A DNA stretch of 38,036 bases from Anaerovoracaceae bacterium (GTDB taxonomy: Bacteria; Bacillota; Clostridia; Peptostreptococcales; Anaerovoracaceae). Both the position numbers and the translations under genes were made by a program. The notes under the pieces are model-generated. The model saw only the letters and a list, made by a program, of their open reading frames with translations. It searched no databases and was not told the origin of the DNA. The DNA is taken from NCBI GenBank assembly GCA_045116695.1, contig JBGUME010000020.1, forward strand, positions 1-38,036, given 5' to 3'. How positions within the stretch are numbered: position 1 is the stretch's first letter; the number at the start of each line of letters is the position of its first letter. Positions 8,751-18,480 of the stretch are shown here, one piece after another.

Positions 8751-11645
8751 ATGGCAAGCACTAACAGGATCAAAGGAATCACTATAGAGTTAGATGGCGA
8801 TACCACCAAACTCACCCAAGCCATCAAAAAAAGTGAATCAGAGATAAGAAGTGCCACAAGTGGGCTTAAAGATGTCAATAATCTTCTTAAAATGGATCCT
8901 GGCAACACAGAGCTCCTGACACAAAAATATAATTTATTACAGCAGGAGATCGGGGGAGCCAAGGATAAGCTGCAGACGCTCAAAGATGCACAAGCTCAGA
9001 TGGCATCCGAAGGCAAGGTTGGCACCGATGAGTATAATGCGCTTCAAAGAGAAATTACAGATACAGAGCAGAAAATAAAGAGCTTAACAAAAGAAATTAA
9101 GAACTTCGGATCAGTAGGAGCTCAGCAGGTAGCAGCCGTCGGAGAAAAGATGAAAGATCTCGGCGGGAAGATGGAAACAGCTGGGCAAAAACTACTTCCG
9201 TTGACAGCGGCTCTGACAGCAGCCGGAACTGTAGGCGTGCAAAAGTTCGCCGAGGTTGATAAGACGATGACCTTGACGAATCAGACTATGGGAAATACTG
9301 CCGAAGAGGCAAAGCTTCTCAGTGATTCGATGAAAGAAGCTGCAGCCAACTCGACATTCGGCATGAATGATGCGGCTACAGCATCTCTCAATTTTGCCCG
9401 CGCCGGGCTGAGCGCCGCAGAAGCCGCAGCTGCTCTGGCACCGGCGATGAACTTGGCTGCAGGCGAAGGAGGAAATCTGGATGTTGTATCAGCTGGGTTG
9501 GTTGGTACAATAAATGGATTCGGAGATTCCTTCGATAATACTACTCATTATGCCGATGTGTTTGCGGCTGCATGTAATAACTCAGCTCTTGATGTAGATG
9601 GGTTGTCGAATGCCATGGGTGTCGCAGCTCCGGTCTTTAAATCAGCCGGGTATACGGTAGAAGACGCGGCTTTATATCTTGGAATACTTGCTGATAAAAA
9701 TATAGAAGCAACGGAAGCGGCTAATGGTTTAAAAACAGGTATCACACGACTTGTTGCTCCTGCAAAGCAAGGAAAAGAAATGATGATGGATCTCGGTCTC
9801 ATCACAGAAGATGCGGGCGGAAAGCTGGTAAACGCTTTTACCAATGCTGACGGATCCATGAAATCTACCATCGAGGTACAGCAGATTCTACATGATAAAT
9901 TTGCAGATTTATCAGAATCGGAACAGATAGCGGCAGCGTCTGCGATATTTGGCAAAAACCAAATGTCAAAATGGCTGGCCCTTATAAATACAGCACCAGA
10001 AGAAGTTCAAGCTCTGTCGGATCAGCTGACAGATTGCGCCGGTACAACTCAGGAGATGGCTGACGCCATGATGAGCGGTTTCGGTGGCTCGCTTGAAAAA
10101 TTAAAGTCAAGTATAGATGTGGCCGCCACATCTTTAGGAGAAGCATTAGCACCAACGATATCGAAGATAGCGGAGGCAGTACAGAAAGCTGTTGACTGGT
10201 TTAATTCTCTCGACGAAAGTCAGCAACAGATGATAGCTAAAATAGGACTCGTAGTAGCAGCCCTCGGCCCTGTGCTGATCATAGGTGGGAAAATAGTAGG
10301 CGGTCTTGGCTCAATCCTGACACTGGCTCCTAAAGTAGTAGGAGCGTTTGGCTCAATAGGAGGCGCTATAAGCGGATTTGTTGGAAAAGCCGGATCAGCG
10401 GCATCAACGGCGACATCCGCAACGTCAAGCATAAGTAAAATAGGAAGTTCGGCAGGAACGGCAGCATCAGGAATGTCATCGGCGGGAACCGCGATGGGCA
10501 CGCTTGCACAGAATGCTCTTGGATTCATTGCGCTTGGAGCCGGAATACTTCTTGCTGCTGCAGGTATCGCCTTATTGGCTCAGTCAGCCATAGCGCTTGC
10601 TAAAGCAGGACCCGAAGCAGGTCTTGCCCTGCTTGCCCTTGTTGGAACCATGGCATTGTTTGCGGCCGGTGCCGCAGCCCTCGGTCCAGCACTTACAGCC
10701 GGAGCTGTTGGACTTGTAGCCTTCGGAGCAGCTGTGGCGCTTGTAGGCGTCGGTGTATTGGCAGCATGTGCCGGCTTGACTTTACTCGCAGGGCAGCTCC
10801 CGACAATAGTTCAATACGGAGGTCAGGCAGCGGTAGCGATTGCACAGCTTGGAGCCGCACTTGTGGTTTTTGCTGCAGGGTGCACATCAGCATCAGGCGG
10901 CTTGACTTTGCTTGCAGCAGGATTGCTTCTTGCTGCTGCAGGGCTTGGAACAGCCACAGTGGCCATGCTTGCATTTACTGTTGCAGTATTGGCTCTTAGC
11001 GCGGGAATGGTTGTACTCACTGCTTCAACAACAGCACTTGCCGTGGCAATCGGATTACTCGCAGCGGCAATCTTGGCACTTGGTGTTTCAATAAATACAT
11101 CGACAAAATTGATCATTGAATCATTCCGGTTGATCAAGAAAGAGGCCGAAGATACATTCAATGGGATGTTAAAAATTATTGAAACGGTACTCGGATCAAT
11201 ATACAAGAAAGTAGAAGAAAAATTCGGGAAAGTAAAGGAATTTATAAAAGGCGTCGTCGAATGGCTCAAGAAGGCGTTTGATTTTGAATGGAAACTTCCC
11301 GATATCAAATTGCCGCACTTTAAGATAGATGGCAAGCTTTCACTTGATCCTCCATCTATGCCGAAGATATCCGTAGATTGGTATTCTAAGGCTATGGAGA
11401 ACGGTATGATTTTAAATTCTCCGACTATATTCGGAGCGTCCGGAGGAAAGTTCCTGGGAGCAGGTGAGGCAGGATCCGAGGCGATAGTCGGTACCGGATC
11501 CCTTCAGAATATGATCACCAGTGCGGTAGCCGCCGCAGGAGTCGGCGGAGATATCGTCATTCCTGTATATGTCGGCAACCAGAAACTTGAGACAATGGTT
11601 GTGCAGGCTACACAGATCAACAACTATAGATCGGGAGGCAGATAA
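8751..11645 (+). CDS. Tail tape measure protein
   Basis: 964 aa with an N-terminal coiled coil, a TP901-type core (NSTFGMNDAATASLNFARAGLS) and a long Ala/Gly-rich hydrophobic segment. Confidence 0.9.
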   Translation: MASTNRIKGITIELDGDTTKLTQAIKKSESEIRSATSGLKDVNNLLKMDPGNTELLTQKYNLLQQEIGGAKDKLQTLKDAQAQMASEGKVGTDEYNALQREITDTEQKIKSLTKEIKNFGSVGAQQVAAVGEKMKDLGGKMETAGQKLLPLTAALTAAGTVGVQKFAEVDKTMTLTNQTMGNTAEEAKLLSDSMKEAAANSTFGMNDAATASLNFARAGLSAAEAAAALAPAMNLAAGEGGNLDVVSAGLVGTINGFGDSFDNTTHYADVFAAACNNSALDVDGLSNAMGVAAPVFKSAGYTVEDAALYLGILADKNIEATEAANGLKTGITRLVAPAKQGKEMMMDLGLITEDAGGKLVNAFTNADGSMKSTIEVQQILHDKFADLSESEQIAAASAIFGKNQMSKWLALINTAPEEVQALSDQLTDCAGTTQEMADAMMSGFGGSLEKLKSSIDVAATSLGEALAPTISKIAEAVQKAVDWFNSLDESQQQMIAKIGLVVAALGPVLIIGGKIVGGLGSILTLAPKVVGAFGSIGGAISGFVGKAGSAASTATSATSSISKIGSSAGTAASGMSSAGTAMGTLAQNALGFIALGAGILLAAAGIALLAQSAIALAKAGPEAGLALLALVGTMALFAAGAAALGPALTAGAVGLVAFGAAVALVGVGVLAACAGLTLLAGQLPTIVQYGGQAAVAIAQLGAALVVFAAGCTSASGGLTLLAAGLLLAAAGLGTATVAMLAFTVAVLALSAGMVVLTASTTALAVAIGLLAAAILALGVSINTSTKLIIESFRLIKKEAEDTFNGMLKIIETVLGSIYKKVEEKFGKVKEFIKGVVEWLKKAFDFEWKLPDIKLPHFKIDGKLSLDPPSMPKISVDWYSKAMENGMILNSPTIFGASGGKFLGAGEAGSEAIVGTGSLQNMITSAVAAAGVGGDIVIPVYVGNQKLETMVVQATQINNYRSGGR

Positions 11646-12013
11646 TGGTCAATATCATCAAAGTGAACGACGAATGGCTTCCGAAGCCTGAAGGCGATCT
11701 CTCATATAAAGATGACAAAGTAAAGAGTGAAAAGGAATCCGAGGCAGGGACAACCCTTGCGATAGTGACAAGGGTGTCCAAGCTTACGATATCCGGAACC
11801 TGGAACTTGTCAGGAGCATGGATGCAAAAGTTCAGGGAATACAGAGATGCTGATACCGTCATGGTAGAAGTGTACTATCCGAACCAGTGGGCGCTGACTT
11901 CCCATGAATGCCAGTTTGAGATCACCGGAGAAAAGCATATAACGGATGCCAGGAAACAGCTTCCCGGAACAGGTGGGCTGTATGAGGTATCAGTGGAGAT
12001 GAGGGAGCTGTAA
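11645..12013 (+). CDS. Putative minimal distal tail protein
   Basis: 122 aa. TAATG overlap with the TMP stop. Assigned by position only. Confidence 0.35.
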   Translation: MVNIIKVNDEWLPKPEGDLSYKDDKVKSEKESEAGTTLAIVTRVSKLTISGTWNLSGAWMQKFREYRDADTVMVEVYYPNQWALTSHECQFEITGEKHITDARKQLPGTGGLYEVSVEMREL

Positions 12014-14161
12014 ATGTATAGCGTATCGGATGCATATAAGATAGCCATGAAGCGGCCGGTGCAACGGAGCAGACTACGCGGCTCAGTGACATCCGGACTC
12101 AGGGTATTCACTTATACAGAAAAAAATATAGAAAAAGGAAGCTTTCAGGTAACGAATCAGTGTTCCGGAAATGACGAAGTGGAGATCGGAACTGTATACA
12201 CGGCGGAGCTTCAATGTACACTCATAGATCTTGATATACCGAGATACAGTTTACAGAAGGCTATCATCACTCCGAGGCATGAGCTTCTAACGAGTGAAGG
12301 ATACGAAGCTGTTCCCCTTGGTATTTTTAATATCAAAGAAGCCAACTGGACGCAGACGGGCGTTGAAATTAAGGCCTACGACAACATGATCAAGTTCGAT
12401 AAGTCATGCACATTATCGAACTCTCAGGGACAGATATATGACTTCCTGGTGATGGCTTGCAATGCCTGTCATGTTGAAATGGCCCAGGGAAGATCCGATA
12501 TCATGGCGCTGCCGAACGGTGCGGCGGACCTTGCAATATATGCCGAGAATGATATCGAAAACTGGCGAGATCTGGTGTCATGGTGTGCTCAGACTACAGG
12601 AACCTATGCGACGATAAACCGCGACGGCCAGCTGGAGCTGAGAGCATACGGGACAGAACCGGTCGATGAGATTGACGCGACGCAACGCATCACCGGATCA
12701 AAGTTCTCTGACTTTGAAACGAGATACACAGGTCTGTCCTGCGTGAATATTGCAGCGCAGACTACTTCATACTACGGGCTTGAGCCCGATGACGGACTTA
12801 CATATAACTTGGGATCGAATCCATTGCTGCAGTATGGCCTTGATGAGACTCTGGCCAACCAGCGTATGGCCATCCTGAACGCGCTGGCCATCATCGACTA
12901 TGTTCCAATGGAAGTATCGATGATTGGATCCCCGGCCTATGATGTAGGAGATATCCTGAGATTCAAAGACGGAATCGCAGATGATACAAAGATATCCTGC
13001 ATCACGAAGTACGACTGGAAGTACGGCGGAGAGTATTCCGTAACCGGCGTCGGAAAGAATCCGGATCTGTCAACCGCAAGGTCGAAGGTAGACAAGGATA
13101 TATCCGGACTGATGTCGCAGACTCAACAGGATACAATGAAGTACTATGATTATCTCAATGCCCAAGCCTACCATATAGGTGATGGCGAAGAGGAAGAGAT
13201 AATCGATATCAGATATATTACAGCCAAGAACACTCATGTAGACTTCCATGCAGAGATTAAGTATGAGCTTGAGACTACAGAGATCGAGGCCGTAGATGAA
13301 AATGAGATCCCGGTATACATTGAGAATGACGGGATCCTCGAAGTGACCTATATGCTCAATGGAGAAGAGGTTGATACCTATTATCCGGTAGAACAGGAAT
13401 TTGACGGGACACACTTACTGCATCTTGTATTTACATGGTCAAGCTCAGCGAATGTCATAGGTAATTTTACAGTGAAGCTCAAGCTTGCGGGCGGATCTGT
13501 AGACATACCGATCCAGGGCGTCAGGGCATACATGGCCGGCCAGGGACTTGTTGGTGATGGCGAGTGGGACGGCAATGTCAATGTATCCGATAAGTTCAGA
13601 GCTCTTGACATGTACGAAGTCATCAATGACTTTGATGCGGAGGCAGCAGGCGCAACATACAATCCGGATGCTGCAGTATGTACAGATAGCTTCCTGTCGC
13701 CTGATATGTTTGATGTATTGTCATCGTTCGATGGTCAGGTTGGAGAGGTTTATGGATTGCACCGGTACACGGCGTATATTCCGGATGAACTTGAATACAA
13801 TCATGAAGAGATAAGCATCATCAACGGACAGTTCGTACTCAATGAAGGAATAGAGTCATCAACGATCACGACTCCGAGCAGGCCGGCGAGTCAGATACTC
13901 AAGGTTACATCCAACATGAGCGGTACGAATGTCGGATTCATCGTATCGTTTGATGGCGGCGATAGTTGGTGGACATATACAAGCGACTGGGTGGTACCTG
14001 ATTATACTCAGGATATGTACGGCATGTTCGAGTCAAAACTCAGAACCATAACACAGGAGAAGTGGGCTGAGAAGCTGGAGGGCGAGATCATGATCAAGGC
14101 CCTACTTCTTGCAAATGCTACACTTGCTGATATTCAAATATACTTGGAGGAAATGCTATGA
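12014..14161 (+). CDS. Tail tip / tail-associated (Tal-like) structural protein
   Basis: 715 aa, abutting the previous stop. It is the second gene after TMP, as in Firmicutes siphophages. Confidence 0.55.
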   Translation: MYSVSDAYKIAMKRPVQRSRLRGSVTSGLRVFTYTEKNIEKGSFQVTNQCSGNDEVEIGTVYTAELQCTLIDLDIPRYSLQKAIITPRHELLTSEGYEAVPLGIFNIKEANWTQTGVEIKAYDNMIKFDKSCTLSNSQGQIYDFLVMACNACHVEMAQGRSDIMALPNGAADLAIYAENDIENWRDLVSWCAQTTGTYATINRDGQLELRAYGTEPVDEIDATQRITGSKFSDFETRYTGLSCVNIAAQTTSYYGLEPDDGLTYNLGSNPLLQYGLDETLANQRMAILNALAIIDYVPMEVSMIGSPAYDVGDILRFKDGIADDTKISCITKYDWKYGGEYSVTGVGKNPDLSTARSKVDKDISGLMSQTQQDTMKYYDYLNAQAYHIGDGEEEEIIDIRYITAKNTHVDFHAEIKYELETTEIEAVDENEIPVYIENDGILEVTYMLNGEEVDTYYPVEQEFDGTHLLHLVFTWSSSANVIGNFTVKLKLAGGSVDIPIQGVRAYMAGQGLVGDGEWDGNVNVSDKFRALDMYEVINDFDAEAAGATYNPDAAVCTDSFLSPDMFDVLSSFDGQVGEVYGLHRYTAYIPDELEYNHEEISIINGQFVLNEGIESSTITTPSRPASQILKVTSNMSGTNVGFIVSFDGGDSWWTYTSDWVVPDYTQDMYGMFESKLRTITQEKWAEKLEGEIMIKALLLANATLADIQIYLEEML

Positions 14162-15558
14162 AGGGACATATGAAGATAGAGCTCTTTGATGCAAAGACCG
14201 GAAAAAGGGAAGAAGTACATGAGGATGACAACCTCGTTACCAACGCGGTCAAGTATCTGCTTTCCTATGTGAACAGATTAAACAGGGCACCGAGTAACGA
14301 TGTATTCCCGATCGCAACGAACTCTCTCGGAGGGGTGATGTTATTCGATGAGACTCTTGAGGAAGATGTTGAGAATGTGGAATTCCCTTCGGATGCACAT
14401 CTGATCGGATACTCTGATCGGACGCTCAACACGGATAATCCGCAAAGAGGATCCTTCAATTCGCTCGAATCCGGAGACAGGGATGATGGGTATACAGCTG
14501 TATGGGATTTCGGAACATCGCAGGCAAACGGAACCATCAAGGCCGTATGTCTTACGAGCAACTATGCCGGAGCGAATCCATACCTCAGGATGTTTAGTGG
14601 AGATGTATATAGTTTGATGGGATACAGAAATGATCCTCTTAACCCGGACAACTATGCTCCGCTCCGTCAGGAAGGCGAGTATCTGTACTTCCTCAATATT
14701 GCAGACGGTAATGTGTACAGGTCGAAGTTCAATCCGTTCAAGATCCAGTCGGTACATGATCAGATGGGCTTCTCAAACAACATTGTGCTCGAACAGGTGG
14801 CAGACATGACCCAGCTGCCTACGCTATACGACATAGATCTATCGAAAAGGAATGACTTCTGGCTCGATGGAGATGATGGATACTTCTATATAGTAGGATT
14901 CCACTGGAACACATACAATAATAACCAGAGGTTCAACTACAGCACCGGAAATGTCATCTCGGTAAGGAAGGTCAAATATAGCGACGATTCCTGGGAGATA
15001 GGCGAAGAGCAGGTCATAACCATCGCGAATGCGGATCTGCATAACTGCGGCGGCGGATGGTACCGGATGTCTCAGGGATACCTGTACTGGGTATCAAGAG
15101 ATAATACCAGTATCTATATCATCAATATGTCAAATACTGCAGATGTCCGGAAGATTGAAGTGGCCGGAGCGAACGAGAGTCAGATCCGTATCAATGATGC
15201 GCTCCGTTCTTCCATCAAGGGAGACGGTGTGGTATTCGGATATACCTTCAGGGTGCCGGATAATACGACCGACTATGTCAGATGGGGAATCATCCATCAC
15301 GATGGCCTCATGACAAAGAGCGCCGCGACAGGTGGCCAGACATATGATGTATGGGATAAGCAGCCGGTATATAAGATTCTTGGAGTGTCCAGCGCGAGAA
15401 GATGGTCTTATCCGTATTATTATAGATCAGATATCACGCTCATGGCCGCATATCTTGGGACTATAAATAACCTATCAAGTCCGATAGTGAAGACAGCCTC
15501 TCAGACAATGAAGGTGACATATACACTGACGGATCTTGAGGAGGATGACGATGAGTAA
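14158..15558 (+). CDS. Tail/baseplate structural protein
   Basis: 466 aa, ATGA overlap with the upstream gene. No recognisable motif. Confidence 0.4.
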   Translation: MKGHMKIELFDAKTGKREEVHEDDNLVTNAVKYLLSYVNRLNRAPSNDVFPIATNSLGGVMLFDETLEEDVENVEFPSDAHLIGYSDRTLNTDNPQRGSFNSLESGDRDDGYTAVWDFGTSQANGTIKAVCLTSNYAGANPYLRMFSGDVYSLMGYRNDPLNPDNYAPLRQEGEYLYFLNIADGNVYRSKFNPFKIQSVHDQMGFSNNIVLEQVADMTQLPTLYDIDLSKRNDFWLDGDDGYFYIVGFHWNTYNNNQRFNYSTGNVISVRKVKYSDDSWEIGEEQVITIANADLHNCGGGWYRMSQGYLYWVSRDNTSIYIINMSNTADVRKIEVAGANESQIRINDALRSSIKGDGVVFGYTFRVPDNTTDYVRWGIIHHDGLMTKSAATGGQTYDVWDKQPVYKILGVSSARRWSYPYYYRSDITLMAAYLGTINNLSSPIVKTASQTMKVTYTLTDLEEDDDE

Positions 15559-15907
15559 CTTCAAGATATCCTACAACGGAAAATCGAAGGTCATCAAGCG
15601 ACTATGTGAGAGAGTGAACGGCCTGGCATCCCTGGGAGAGACTCATGAGAATGCATACTACGGCGACCTGGGAAAAGAGGCCTACGATCATTCACAGCTC
15701 CGGTCCGGGAATCCGCATAATGTAACAGCGGCTGATTTAGGACTCGAAAATGTACTGTCACAGATCAAAGCTATCATGGTGGCCATAGGTATGATCAAGA
15801 CCTGGTGGACGCATAATGATGAACCTATTACAGATCATGAGGGTGTATTGCTCACATTCCACGGTGTAAGCGCTCCGGATGTAGAGAATAACCTCTTATG
15901 GCATTAA
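15551..15907 (+). CDS. Hypothetical tail-module protein
   Basis: GAGGAGG lies before ATG 15551 (the ORF track starts at 15536). Confidence 0.4.
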   Translation: MSNFKISYNGKSKVIKRLCERVNGLASLGETHENAYYGDLGKEAYDHSQLRSGNPHNVTAADLGLENVLSQIKAIMVAIGMIKTWWTHNDEPITDHEGVLLTFHGVSAPDVENNLLWH

Positions 15908-15917
15908 GGAGGGAAGC

Positions 15918-16847
15918 ATGGCAGCAGATAGCAAAACAATAGACCAACTACCAACCAAAGACACTTTGAACTCGTCCGATATGTTTCCGGTCGATGATGG
16001 AGAGCAGACCTATAAGGTGCTGCTCTCTACTATTATAGCGAACATTCCGGGAATCGTGAGTATAGTCAGGTCGCAGGATGAGCAGAGCATAGTGATAACT
16101 GATCGCGATGGTCACGAGACTACGATCACGACTCATGACAACACAAAGCAGAATAAGCTGACTTTTGATGATAATCCAACTGAAAGCTCAAGCAACCCAG
16201 TAAAGTCCGGAGGCGTGTATGCTGCAGATGCAGCCCTGGCCAATGCCATATTGTTGGAAGCTCAAACAGCTCGTAATTCAGAAGGTGCCCTTCAGACCAG
16301 AATGACAACCGCAGAAGGGAATATCACTTCCCTGGGAACTGCAGTCAATACGATCAACAATACATCCCTTCCGGCCAAGATGGACAAGTCGGTATATGAC
16401 TCTAACGGCGACGGAGTAGTAGATAACGCCAAGAAGGTCAATAACCATACAGTCGATAAGGATGTACCGTCGAACGCGGTCTTCACGGATACTGTATATG
16501 ATGACACAGAGCTCCGGAACAAGATCGGCGACATGGCCGAGCTTGAGACAGAAGATAAACAGTCCCTTGTTGGAGCTGTTAATGAAGTATACGACAAGAT
16601 AGATGATCTTGTCGTGGCCAACCAGGAGCTTGAAGAGTTCCACGGTTCGCAGACGATACTTGATTCTAACGGGGATCCGATACTTGATTCTTCCAGCGCA
16701 AGGATCCTCGATACATCCTACGGAGCTACAGGCGTAGTCAATACGCTCAATAATATAGTCTCATGGTTTAAGAACTCACTGTCGCATCTTATCCAGGACA
16801 GCGGATACACTGAGACTCAGGAACTTTATGAAATACTTAATTCATAG
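15918..16847 (+). CDS. Tail fibre-like protein
   Basis: The N-terminus IDQLPTKDTLNSSDMFPVDDG and the SSNPVKSGGVY motif are common in phage fibre proteins. AGGAGGGAAG RBS. Confidence 0.5.
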   Translation: MAADSKTIDQLPTKDTLNSSDMFPVDDGEQTYKVLLSTIIANIPGIVSIVRSQDEQSIVITDRDGHETTITTHDNTKQNKLTFDDNPTESSSNPVKSGGVYAADAALANAILLEAQTARNSEGALQTRMTTAEGNITSLGTAVNTINNTSLPAKMDKSVYDSNGDGVVDNAKKVNNHTVDKDVPSNAVFTDTVYDDTELRNKIGDMAELETEDKQSLVGAVNEVYDKIDDLVVANQELEEFHGSQTILDSNGDPILDSSSARILDTSYGATGVVNTLNNIVSWFKNSLSHLIQDSGYTETQELYEILNS

Positions 16848-16859
16848 GAGGAAGAAAGA

Positions 16860-17708
16860 ATGAGTAAGATCACAGATTATTCAGCCATCGAAGCGCTCAA
16901 TTCCGGAAGCGTGCTGTTGGTTGACGGAACGGGCGGGACCAAGAAGATCCTGGCAACAAATCTGATGAAGGCCCTGGCTGAAGTATCGGATGATGTAAAT
17001 TTGCACCGGAACACATACGGCGGAAGAAGCCTCGGTACCAGCGTATCAGCTGACCAGTGGGCTCAGATATCCGCTGGTACCTTCCACGGGATGCTGGTAG
17101 GTGACTACTGGACCATCGGAGGCGTGAACTGGCTGATAGCTGACTTTGACTACTGGCTTCATACCGGAGATACCGAGTGCACAGCGCATCATGTCGTAGT
17201 TATCCCGGAGACCTGCCTGTATAATGCGAAGATGAATGATTCAAATATCGTTACCGGAGCGTATGTCGGATCGGTTATGTATACGACCAACCTGGCCACG
17301 GCCAAGACGACGATCAACAATGCGTTCGGATCAGCGCATATATTGAGCCATAGAGAATACTTGGCAAATGCGGTAACAGACAACAGAGAGACAGCTCATG
17401 CATGGAAGGATTCAACTGTAGATATCATGAATGAATCAATGGTATATGGCGGGGAGAAATTCCATAACCAGATGCAGGGAACATCATGGGCTGAATATCA
17501 TACTATTGACAAGACACAGCTGGCACTTTTCAGGCTGGATCCTACCAAGATAGTAGCGTTTTATAATAATGCTCGTGCGTACTGGTGGCTGCGTGATGTC
17601 GTGGGCTCGACGAGCTTCGCGTCTGTGTACAGCTACGGCATTGCGAACGACGCCAGCGCGTCGTACTCGATTGGTGTCCGCCCGGCTTTCGGTATCATCG
17701 GATCTTAA
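16860..17708 (+). CDS. DGR target protein 1 (putative receptor-binding protein with a C-terminal variable region)
   Basis: The last 45 codons contain VR1. The C-terminus ...AYWWLRDVV...GVRPAF is typical of DGR CLec-type variable proteins. It is the last gene of the tail module. Confidence 0.85.
   Translation: MSKITDYSAIEALNSGSVLLVDGTGGTKKILATNLMKALAEVSDDVNLHRNTYGGRSLGTSVSADQWAQISAGTFHGMLVGDYWTIGGVNWLIADFDYWLHTGDTECTAHHVVVIPETCLYNAKMNDSNIVTGAYVGSVMYTTNLATAKTTINNAFGSAHILSHREYLANAVTDNRETAHAWKDSTVDIMNESMVYGGEKFHNQMQGTSWAEYHTIDKTQLALFRLDPTKIVAFYNNARAYWWLRDVVGSTSFASVYSYGIANDASASYSIGVRPAFGIIGS
17574..17690 (+). repeat. DGR variable repeat VR1
   Basis: Gap-free 117-nt alignment to the TR. All 16 mismatches are at TR adenines. 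Confidence 0.9.
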
Positions 17709-17712
17709 ATCA

Positions 17713-17729
17713 CCGCCCCTTGTGGGCGG
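17713..17729 (+). promoter_or_regulatory. GC hairpin downstream of VR1 (candidate DGR target-recognition stem-loop)
   Basis: CCGCCC-CTTGT-GGGCGG starts 22 nt after the VR1 end and 4 nt after the stop codon. The same stem follows VR2 and is absent after the TR. Confidence 0.6.
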
Positions 17730-17744
17730 GGATGGAGGGAAACA

Positions 17745-18362
17745 ATGTCAAGCGTCCCAAAAGGCCGCCGGAAGGAATCGCCCTTCCAGGCGCGGCATAA
17801 CTACTATAATCTTCGGGATGAGATCACAAGGCTCATGATCAACGACTTCGGATTTGATCAGGAGAAATACAATGCCAGGATAGAAAAATACCGGCAGGCT
17901 CACTCGAAGGCAGATAATACGGATAAGATCGTGGAACGGTGGAAGCGTAAGTCAGACGCCTTCAATAAGTGGTTCATAGATAAGGAATGCGACGCGGTAC
18001 TTGATATCCTGCGCAAGATCGAGTCGGAGTTCACATACGGAAACTCGATATTCCCGTCAGAGACTCCGGCCAAGATGTGCGAATATCTTGAAAGAAGGAA
18101 ACACATCACGGCAGCGATATCTTACTGCTATGTATTAAAGCAGGAGCTCCTGTATATTATCAGGACTTTGCCTGTAGATCTGAACAGATACTATCACTAC
18201 GAGAAGGCGATAGATGCACAGATATCTTTATATAAGGGCGTGAGGCAGTCCGATAACCGATTCCTGAAGAATAAGAAAAAGTCGATTGATATAAGCGATG
18301 AGATCACCGGTATATCCGAGATCATTATCGCTTTATTCAATAAAATACGGGGCAATCTTTGA
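17745..18362 (+). CDS. avd: Avd-like DGR accessory protein (unusually long, 205 aa)
   Basis: Basic, helical ORF in the canonical slot between the target gene and the TR. Its stop lies 1 nt before the TR. GGAGGGA RBS. Confidence 0.55.
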   Translation: MSSVPKGRRKESPFQARHNYYNLRDEITRLMINDFGFDQEKYNARIEKYRQAHSKADNTDKIVERWKRKSDAFNKWFIDKECDAVLDILRKIESEFTYGNSIFPSETPAKMCEYLERRKHITAAISYCYVLKQELLYIIRTLPVDLNRYYHYEKAIDAQISLYKGVRQSDNRFLKNKKKSIDISDEITGISEIIIALFNKIRGNL

Positions 18363-18363
18363 A

Positions 18364-18480
18364 CGTGCGAACTGGTGGCTGCGTGATGTCGTGAACTCGA
18401 CGAACTTCGCGAATGTGAACAGCAACGGCAATGCGAACAACAACAACGCGTCGAACTCGAATGGTGTCCGCCCGGATTTC
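18364..18480 (+). repeat. DGR template repeat (TR)
   Basis: 117 nt with 30 adenines and 13 AAY codons in the VR frame. It is the invariant partner of VR1 and VR2. Confidence 0.9.

Noticed and set aside
10220-11100. Ala/Gly-rich hydrophobic region with several overlapping ORFs on both strands
   Set aside because: This is a continuous part of the tape measure reading frame (its multi-TM segment). The overlapping ORFs are compositional artefacts of GC-rich GCN/GGN codons.
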